Part shown: one piece after another, positions 57,843 through 64,000 of the stretch
How the letters are laid out: every line of letters starts with the position of its first letter
Position numbering within the stretch: position 1 is the stretch's first letter
Source of the DNA: Gammaproteobacteria bacterium
Lineage (GTDB): Bacteria > Pseudomonadota > Gammaproteobacteria > Natronospirales > DASSBR01
Assembly: GCA_035688265.1 (NCBI GenBank)
Contig: DASSNE010000056.1
Location: 4,255 to 68,254 of the forward strand
Reading direction: 5' to 3'
Length of the DNA: 64,000 bases
Program-made: the position numbers and the translations under genes
Notes under the pieces: generated by a model
What the model was told of the DNA's origin: nothing
Database searches by the model: none
Seen by the model: only the letters and a program-made list of their open reading frames with translations

Positions 57843-58991
57843 ATGTTCGCGCTCGTCTGGACCAACTTCACCCGCCGCAAAGGCCGGCTCGCGCTGACGC
57901 TCGCATCGGTGCTGATTGCCTTCCTCCTGTTCGGCATGCTGATGGCGGCGCGGCAGGTGTTCAACCCGCAGCTCAGCAAAAGTGACCAGTCGCGGCTGAT
58001 CACCGTCAACAAGGTCAGCCGCGGCACGCCGTTACCCATCGCCTATGCGCAGCGGATCCGGCAGGTGCCGGGCATACGCGCGGCCGCTTACGCTACGTTC
58101 ATGCTCGGCTGGTACCAAAAGCGCGAAAACGCATTCGCCGTAATCGCCGCGCCGGCGAAGGGCCTGTTCGACACGTTCCCGGTCACCGTCAAACCGGAAC
58201 AAAAGAAGGCTTGGCTCAACGACCGCGGCGGTGCGCTCGCCACGCCGGCGCTGATGAAGGCCTACGGCTGGAAAATCGGCCAGCACGTGCCGGTCATGTC
58301 CACGCTGCAGAAGAAGGACGGCGGTTCCACCTGGGACGTCACCATCGACGGAGTAGCCACGAACAAGGACCATCCGGATGCCAAGGTGCAGCAGTTGATC
58401 GTCCATTACGATTACGTCAATGAGGGCCGGGCAAGCGGCAAGGACACCGCCATGATGTTCTTCGAGGTGCCAGACGATCCGGTCAAGGCGACCTCGGTTG
58501 CTATGGCAATCGACAAGATATTCGAGAACGCGTCACCGCAAACCAAGACTTCGACGACCAAGTCGGTGGTCCATAACGCCATCCGGCAGGCCGGGGACAT
58601 CGGCGGCATCATTACCGACGTCGCCATCGCCGTGTTTTTCTCAATGCTGCTGGTCGTCGGCGCAATCATGTTCCAGTCCGCACGTGAGCGGCATACGGAA
58701 TTCGCGGCGCTACGCGCGCTCGGCTTCACCCGCGGCTCCATTTTGCGCATGGTCATCGGTGAATCGCTATTGACTTGCCTGATCGGCGGGCTGATTGGCA
58801 TCGGCATTGCCGCGGGGCTCATCGCGATTTTGCCAAACGCACTCAGCAACTTCCCGTCGTCGATGACTCTCACCGGCGTCGCGGTGCTGGTCGCCGTCGG
58901 CCTGATGATTGCTTTCGGATTGATCGCGGCAGCCGCACCCGCCGGTCAACTCTGGCGGCTGTCGATTCGCGAAGCGCTCGGGAGGACGTAA
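57843..58991 (+). CDS. FtsX-fold ABC permease, type A (pair 1)
   Basis: 382 aa: TM1, a roughly 220-aa periplasmic domain, then 3 TM. N-terminus MFALVWTNFTRRKGRLALTLASVLIAFLLFG and FtsX block ERHTEFAALRALGFTR. Confidence 0.85.
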   Translation: MFALVWTNFTRRKGRLALTLASVLIAFLLFGMLMAARQVFNPQLSKSDQSRLITVNKVSRGTPLPIAYAQRIRQVPGIRAAAYATFMLGWYQKRENAFAVIAAPAKGLFDTFPVTVKPEQKKAWLNDRGGALATPALMKAYGWKIGQHVPVMSTLQKKDGGSTWDVTIDGVATNKDHPDAKVQQLIVHYDYVNEGRASGKDTAMMFFEVPDDPVKATSVAMAIDKIFENASPQTKTSTTKSVVHNAIRQAGDIGGIITDVAIAVFFSMLLVVGAIMFQSARERHTEFAALRALGFTRGSILRMVIGESLLTCLIGGLIGIGIAAGLIAILPNALSNFPSSMTLTGVAVLVAVGLMIAFGLIAAAAPAGQLWRLSIREALGRT

Positions 58992-58992
58992 C

Positions 58993-60171
58993 ATGCTGAG
59001 CCAGACTTTCACCCTGTTCAAACTGAACCTGCGCAACGCATTCAGCCGGCCGGTTTTACCGCTGATCGTCATCATCGGCTTCTTTGCGGTGGTGCTGGTA
59101 CTCGTATCGGTGCTCTCCATCGGCCAGGGCCTCGGCCAAACCTTCAGCCGCGCGAATGCGACGGATGTCGCAATGGTCATGTCGAACGGGGCATTCACCG
59201 AATCACGCAGCAATTTGACTGAAGATGCGGTGCACGCCATCGCGTCGAAACCGGGCGTCGCGCAAGGTGCCAACGGCCCGTTGGTGTCGCCGGAAGCCCT
59301 GACCACCGTGATCGTGCCCAAGCGCGGCAGCGGCATCGACAGCAACGTCGTGCTGCGCGGCGTTACCGCTGACGCCTTCAAGGTGCACAACAAGGTTCGC
59401 ATCATTGCGGGGCGCCGCTTCAAGACCGGCGTCAATGAAGTCATCGTCGGCAGGCAAGCCGTTAACGAGTACCAGAACCTGAATATCGGCGACACGGTAC
59501 ACATCGGCAAGGGCGACTGGAAGGTCGTCGGCATCTTCGCCGCCGGCGGCAACCTCCGCGAATCTGAAATCTGGGCGGACGCGCGCCGCGTGCAGGATGC
59601 GATGCACATGGGCAATTCCTACTCCGATGCATGGGTGCAACTGACCTCGCCGGCCGCGTTCAAGCAATTCAAGGCCAAGGTGGAGAAGGATCCGCGCCTG
59701 AACGTGCAGGCGAAAACAGAAAAGGACTATTACGACAATCTCGCCCAAGGCGCGACCGGTATCGTTGCGGTCGTCGGCTATGCGATCGGCATTCTGATGG
59801 CACTCGGCGCGATTATCGGTGCAATCAATCTGCTTTACACCAATCTCGCCGCCCGCCTCGGGGAGATGGCGACGCTGCGCGCCGTCGGCTATCGGCGCGC
59901 ACCGGTGTTGATCGCCACCCTGCTCGAAGCGCTGACGTTCGCGCTGATCGGCGGCATTATCGGGGGCGGCGTCGCGTACGCCGCGTTCGACGGCTACCAG
60001 GCCGGGACGCTCGCGGGCGGCATTCAGCAGGTGGCGTTCCAGTTCGCGGTCACGCCGGGCCTGCTCGTCGGCGGCATCGTCTTCGCGCTGATCATGGGCT
60101 TCTTCGGCGGATTGTTCCCGGCAATTCGTGCGGCGCGGCTGCCGATCACGAAAGCGCTCCGGGAGGCCTGA
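58993..60171 (+). CDS. FtsX-fold ABC permease, type B (pair 1)
   Basis: 392 aa. LNLRNAFSRP, GPLVSPE, SPAAFKQFKAKVEKDPRLNV, EMATLRAVGYRR, and C-terminus FPAIRAARLPITKALREA. Starts 1 nt after the previous stop. Confidence 0.85.
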   Translation: MLSQTFTLFKLNLRNAFSRPVLPLIVIIGFFAVVLVLVSVLSIGQGLGQTFSRANATDVAMVMSNGAFTESRSNLTEDAVHAIASKPGVAQGANGPLVSPEALTTVIVPKRGSGIDSNVVLRGVTADAFKVHNKVRIIAGRRFKTGVNEVIVGRQAVNEYQNLNIGDTVHIGKGDWKVVGIFAAGGNLRESEIWADARRVQDAMHMGNSYSDAWVQLTSPAAFKQFKAKVEKDPRLNVQAKTEKDYYDNLAQGATGIVAVVGYAIGILMALGAIIGAINLLYTNLAARLGEMATLRAVGYRRAPVLIATLLEALTFALIGGIIGGGVAYAAFDGYQAGTLAGGIQQVAFQFAVTPGLLVGGIVFALIMGFFGGLFPAIRAARLPITKALREA

Positions 60172-60176
60172 GCGGA

Positions 60177-61322
60177 ATGAAATTCGTGCCGCTGATCTGG
60201 CGCAACCTGCTGCGCAAAAAAACGCGCACCGTGTTTACGCTGTTGTCGGTGCTGTGCACGTTTCTGCTGTTCGGCTTCCTGATGGCCGTGCGCCAGGGTT
60301 TTGTGACCGGCGCGCGGTTGCCGGGCGCGGACGTCATTTTCACGATGCCGAAAGCCGGCGGCAGCGAGGGCATGCCGCAAAGCTACGGCGCCCGCATCGC
60401 TGCCGTTGCCGGCGTCGCCGATGTCATGCGCATCGGCGGCGCCGGGTTCTATTTCCAGACGCGAAAACAAACCGTCGGCGTCGGGGCCGTGGAACCCGCC
60501 ATGCTGTTTCGGATGTTCCCGGCACTCAACGTGCCGCGCGCTCAGCGCGAGAAGTGGGAGCACGACCGCATCGGCGCGATCGTTCGCGACGACATTGCCA
60601 AGCGATTCGGCTGGAAGGTCGGCGACCATATCCCGTTGTTGTCCTACGAGCAGCCGGGCAAAACGCTGGAAGTCAATATCGACGGCATCCAGGACACGCA
60701 TACTGACAGCATTCACGTCGGCTTCGGGCAGTTGTACGTCCATTTTGATTATCTGAGCACGTGGTCGGGCAAGGACTCGGTCGATGCCTTTGTCGAGCGA
60801 GCGGCGAACCCGCGGGAGACTTCCGCCGTCGCAAAACGGATTAATGCGGCGCTCGCCAATTCGTCCGTGCCATCCAAATCGGTTCCGATGCAGGCCATGG
60901 TGCAAAGCGTCATTTCCCGCTTCGGCGACATTGGCGCAATCGCAATCGCGATTGCTATCGCCGCCCTCATCGGCATGCTGATCGTCACTGCCAACACGAT
61001 GGCGCAAAGTGTGCGCGAACGGGTCGCGGAACTGGCGGCGATGCGCGCGGTGGGCTTCACGCGGTCGCAACTCGTGTGGCTGGTGCTCGGCGAGTCGCTC
61101 TGTCTGACCGCCATTGGCGGCCTGATCGGGCTCGGCCTGGCCTGGATCACGACCGTGCTGCTCGGCCCGGCGTTTTCGAAGACGATTCCGGGACTCTATT
61201 TCTCGCCGGCCGTCATCGCCATCGGCATCGGGCTGATCGTGCTGCTCAGCCTGGTGGCTGCGCTGTCGCCGAGCATTCACGCCGTGCGCCTGCAGGTCGC
61301 CTCGGCGCTGGGGGTCCGCTGA
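60177..61322 (+). CDS. FtsX-fold ABC permease, type A (pair 2)
   Basis: 381 aa. N-terminus MKFVPLIWRNLLRKKTRTVFTLLSVLCTFLLFG and ERVAELAAMRAVGFTR. Confidence 0.85.
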   Translation: MKFVPLIWRNLLRKKTRTVFTLLSVLCTFLLFGFLMAVRQGFVTGARLPGADVIFTMPKAGGSEGMPQSYGARIAAVAGVADVMRIGGAGFYFQTRKQTVGVGAVEPAMLFRMFPALNVPRAQREKWEHDRIGAIVRDDIAKRFGWKVGDHIPLLSYEQPGKTLEVNIDGIQDTHTDSIHVGFGQLYVHFDYLSTWSGKDSVDAFVERAANPRETSAVAKRINAALANSSVPSKSVPMQAMVQSVISRFGDIGAIAIAIAIAALIGMLIVTANTMAQSVRERVAELAAMRAVGFTRSQLVWLVLGESLCLTAIGGLIGLGLAWITTVLLGPAFSKTIPGLYFSPAVIAIGIGLIVLLSLVAALSPSIHAVRLQVASALGVR

Positions 61323-61324
61323 CG

Positions 61325-62500
61325 ATGCAAAGTATCAATGTCATCGCCCTCAATTTGCGCAATCTTCGCGCGCGCGCGAGCGTGGCGAGCGGCGCGGTGC
61401 TGGGGTTCGCAGCGGTGGTCGCGGTACTGGTCGCCGCGCTGTCGATCAGCGCAGGGTTCCGCGCCGCCTTCGGCGCGACCGGCGCCGACGATGTCGCCGT
61501 CGTCCTGAGCGGCAAAGCCGATACCGAGGCCACCAGCACCCTGAGCGCCGATGACATCCATGCGATTGCGTCGCTGCCCGGTGTCGCGCACACCGCTGAC
61601 GGCCCGCTTGCCGCGCCCGAAATGGTCGGCACGCTGGACGTGAACTACAAGCAGAGCGACAAGGATGCCAGCATCGTCTTTCGCGGCGTGACCGATAGCG
61701 CGCGCCGCCTCCGCCCCGCCGTCCAGCTGATCAAGGGTCGCTGGTTCAAGCCGGGGCTCAACGAACTGGTGGTCGGAGCAGCTGCGGCGGCGCGCTTCAA
61801 AGATCTGGCCATTGGCAAAAGCATCAAGTACCGCGGCAGACAGTGGCAGGTCGTGGGCATCTTTTCTGCCGGCCGGAGCGTCTTCGGTAGCGAAGCCTGG
61901 ACCGACGTCAACGTGCTGCAGGACGCCCATAAACGGCCCAATCTGTATTCGGCCGACTTTGTGAAGGTGACGTCGCCGGCGGCGTTCGCCGGCTTCAATA
62001 AAGCCGCCACACACGATCCGCGGCTCGATGTCAGCGTCAAGCGGGCGAGCGATTACTACGCGGAGCAGGCGCGCGGCCTGGGGAAATTTATTGCCGTCGC
62101 CGGTGCGATTATTGCCGGCGTCATGGGCATTGCCGCGATCTTCGGCGCCTTGAACACCATGTATACGATGGTATCGGTGCGCGGCCGCGAAATCGCCACA
62201 CTGCGCGCGCTGGGGTTCGGTCGGCTGCCGGTGCTGCTGTCGGTGGTCGTCGAGGCGCTGGTGCTGGGCCTGCTGGGCGGTATACTGGGCGGCATCATCG
62301 CGTGGTTGCTGTTCAATGGCTACCAGGCGAGCACCTTCAATACGTCCAACGCCGGTCAGGTGGCGTTCGCGTTTGCGGTCACGCCGACCGCCATCGGAGC
62401 CGGCATCGCGTTCGCGCTGATCCTCGGTCTGATTGGTGGCTTTTTCCCGGCCATCCGTGCCGCGCGGTTACCGGTGGCGACGGCGTTGCGGGAAACCTGA
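61325..62500 (+). CDS. FtsX-fold ABC permease, type B (pair 2)
   Basis: 391 aa. LNLRNLRARA, GPLAAPE, SPAAFAGFNKAATHDPRLDV, EIATLRALGFGR, and C-terminus FPAIRAARLPVATALRET. Confidence 0.85.
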   Translation: MQSINVIALNLRNLRARASVASGAVLGFAAVVAVLVAALSISAGFRAAFGATGADDVAVVLSGKADTEATSTLSADDIHAIASLPGVAHTADGPLAAPEMVGTLDVNYKQSDKDASIVFRGVTDSARRLRPAVQLIKGRWFKPGLNELVVGAAAAARFKDLAIGKSIKYRGRQWQVVGIFSAGRSVFGSEAWTDVNVLQDAHKRPNLYSADFVKVTSPAAFAGFNKAATHDPRLDVSVKRASDYYAEQARGLGKFIAVAGAIIAGVMGIAAIFGALNTMYTMVSVRGREIATLRALGFGRLPVLLSVVVEALVLGLLGGILGGIIAWLLFNGYQASTFNTSNAGQVAFAFAVTPTAIGAGIAFALILGLIGGFFPAIRAARLPVATALRET

Positions 62501-62504
62501 CGCG

Positions 62505-63662
62505 ATGAAATTCTTCCCCCTCATCTGGAGCGCTTTCACGCGGCGCAAGGCGCGCACCGTGTTCACGTTCCTGTCGGTCGTGGTCGCGTTCGTGCTGTTC
62601 AGCGTGCTGGCGGCGGTGCGCCAGGGGATGGTCGGACAGTTGAGTATGGTGAATGCGCAGCGGCTGCAGGTGGTGGCGAAGGCTTCGCCGGGTTCGCTTA
62701 TGCCGGTGCATTACGTGTCAAAGATCGCCCGGGTCCCGGGGGTGGTGGCCGTGTCGCCGATGATCGGAATCGGCGGTCATTATCGGGATCCCAAAAACCG
62801 GCTGAACGTGCTGTTCGTGAATGCCCGGACGATCGGCAAGATTTTCCCCGGCTTCAAAATGGGCGGACATCAGAGTGCCCTGCTGAAGGATCAGCAGGCT
62901 GCCATTGCGGGCCCGGTACTTGCCAGGCGCATGGGCTGGCATGTCGGCCAGACGATTCCGGTGCAATCGAGCACCCCGAAGAAAGACGGCAGCACGACAT
63001 GGTATTTCCACCTCGTCGGCATCTATCACGCCGACTTGCCGAAGGCCTATCAATCGTTCTTCATTGCGCATTATCAGTATTTCAATCAGGCGGTGGCCTC
63101 GCAGGAATTCAGAAACACGGCCGGCCAGTTCTTCGTGCGCGTCAATGACGCGCGCCATATTTCGCAAATCGCGACCGCGATAGATGCGCAGTTCGCGAAC
63201 TCATCGCCGCAGACGTATACCCAGTCGGTGCGCATGCAGGTGCTGTCGTACCTGCATGCCTTCGGTGATGTCGGCGCGATCGTTATCGGCGTCGGCGTGG
63301 CGGTCTTTTTCACGCTGCTGTTGATCGTGACCAACACGATGGGCCAATCGATTCGTGAACGCACGGCCGAGTTCGCCGTGCTGAAGTCGTTCGGCTTCAA
63401 TCGCCTGCGCGTGGCGGTACTTGTGTTGGCCGAAGCGCTGCTGCTGACGATCGTCGGCGGCATCGCCGGCATCGGGATCGGTTACGTCGTGGTCGGCCTG
63501 CTGACACCCAGCCTGAGCAACGCGCTCCAGACCTTCGGCCTCACGAGTGCCGCGACCGCCTGGGGCGTCGCGCTGGCAGTCATATTCGGCTTGCTGGCGA
63601 GCCTGTTCCCGGTACGGCAGGTCACGCGCCTGCGTACTGCTGCCGCGCTCGGAAAACGGTGA
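62505..63662 (+). CDS. FtsX-fold ABC permease, type A (pair 3)
   Basis: 385 aa. N-terminus MKFFPLIWSAFTRRKARTVFTFLSVVVAFVLFS and ERTAEFAVLKSFGFNR. Confidence 0.85.
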   Translation: MKFFPLIWSAFTRRKARTVFTFLSVVVAFVLFSVLAAVRQGMVGQLSMVNAQRLQVVAKASPGSLMPVHYVSKIARVPGVVAVSPMIGIGGHYRDPKNRLNVLFVNARTIGKIFPGFKMGGHQSALLKDQQAAIAGPVLARRMGWHVGQTIPVQSSTPKKDGSTTWYFHLVGIYHADLPKAYQSFFIAHYQYFNQAVASQEFRNTAGQFFVRVNDARHISQIATAIDAQFANSSPQTYTQSVRMQVLSYLHAFGDVGAIVIGVGVAVFFTLLLIVTNTMGQSIRERTAEFAVLKSFGFNRLRVAVLVLAEALLLTIVGGIAGIGIGYVVVGLLTPSLSNALQTFGLTSAATAWGVALAVIFGLLASLFPVRQVTRLRTAAALGKR

Positions 63663-63667
63663 AAAGT

Positions 63668-64000
63668 ATGGCCTGGTTAAAGGAAACCTTGTCGGTCTGC
63701 GGCTGGAACTTCCGCATGGCGGCGGCGCGATTCCAGTCTTCGCTGATCGCGATCGTCGGCTTTCTCGGCGTCGTGCTGGTGGTGGTCGCCCTGCTGTCGA
63801 TTCGAGCGGGATTTCAAAGCGTACTGTCGCACACCGGCTCGGACAGCGTGGCGATCGTCACTTACCAGGGCGCGGGCTCGCTCAGTCGCCAGGCGGTCAC
63901 CGTAATCGGCCAGGCGCCCGGGGTCGCGCATGGCCCGAACGGCCCGCTCGCGATGGGCGACTACACCGCCTCGGCGCGCGCGGTCCAGCGCGGCACGGGC
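63668..64000 (+). CDS. FtsX-fold ABC permease, type B (pair 3), 3' end outside the window
   Basis: Not in the ORF track because it has no stop inside the window. My translation from the ATG at 63668 is open for 111 codons: MAWLKETLSVCGWNFRMAAARFQSSLIAIVGFLGVVLVVVALLSIRAGFQ ... APGVAHGPNGPLAMGD. This aligns with the N-termini of the two type B genes. Confidence 0.75.
   Translation, partial: MAWLKETLSVCGWNFRMAAARFQSSLIAIVGFLGVVLVVVALLSIRAGFQSVLSHTGSDSVAIVTYQGAGSLSRQAVTVIGQAPGVAHGPNGPLAMGDYTASARAVQRGTG

Overview
High-GC chromosomal segment from a gammaproteobacterium. The gene order resembles both Pseudomonas and Xanthomonadales: tonB3-gshB divergent from pilGHIJ-chpA, and polA / engB / cytochrome c4 / tandem dsbA. 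I call about 60 protein genes, mostly housekeeping: tamB (5' end cut by the window), ppiC, dinB, polA, engB, cytochrome c4, two dsbA, the Pil-Chp twitching-motility chemosensory operon, gshB, pmbA, purEK and thiC. Several small, visibly lower-GC accessory patches interrupt them, along with at least four families of intergenic palindromic repeats. The most unusual locus is 54.3-64.0 kb. It holds a sensor-less single-TM LytS-type histidine kinase and a LytTR response regulator. These are followed by three 12-bp direct repeats at exact 21-bp phasing, then an operon with one MacA-like adaptor and one LolD/MacB-type ATPase. That operon carries at least six consecutive FtsX-fold permease genes in strict A-B-A-B-A-B alternation; the sixth runs off the window and is missing from the ORF track. 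I propose it is a transporter-coupled signalling and export module with three interchangeable LolC/LolE-like permease pairs. Other points worth a second look: (1) a three-hairpin sRNA candidate with C-rich anti-Shine-Dalgarno loops in the polA-engB spacer, where spf and ErsA sit in other species; (2) an orphan Anbu-like proteasome-type peptidase translationally coupled to pmbA within a run of four peptidase genes; (3) the export/attachment half of an aryl-polyene-like lipid cluster with no ketosynthase genes, peppered with REP/MITE insertions; (4) two small TA-like modules plus a decayed RelE/ParE toxin; (5) thiC without a recognisable TPP riboswitch. All family assignments come from motif recognition by eye and no database search was run. 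Many long ORFs in the track are antisense or out-of-frame shadow ORFs typical of high-GC DNA, and I ignored them.
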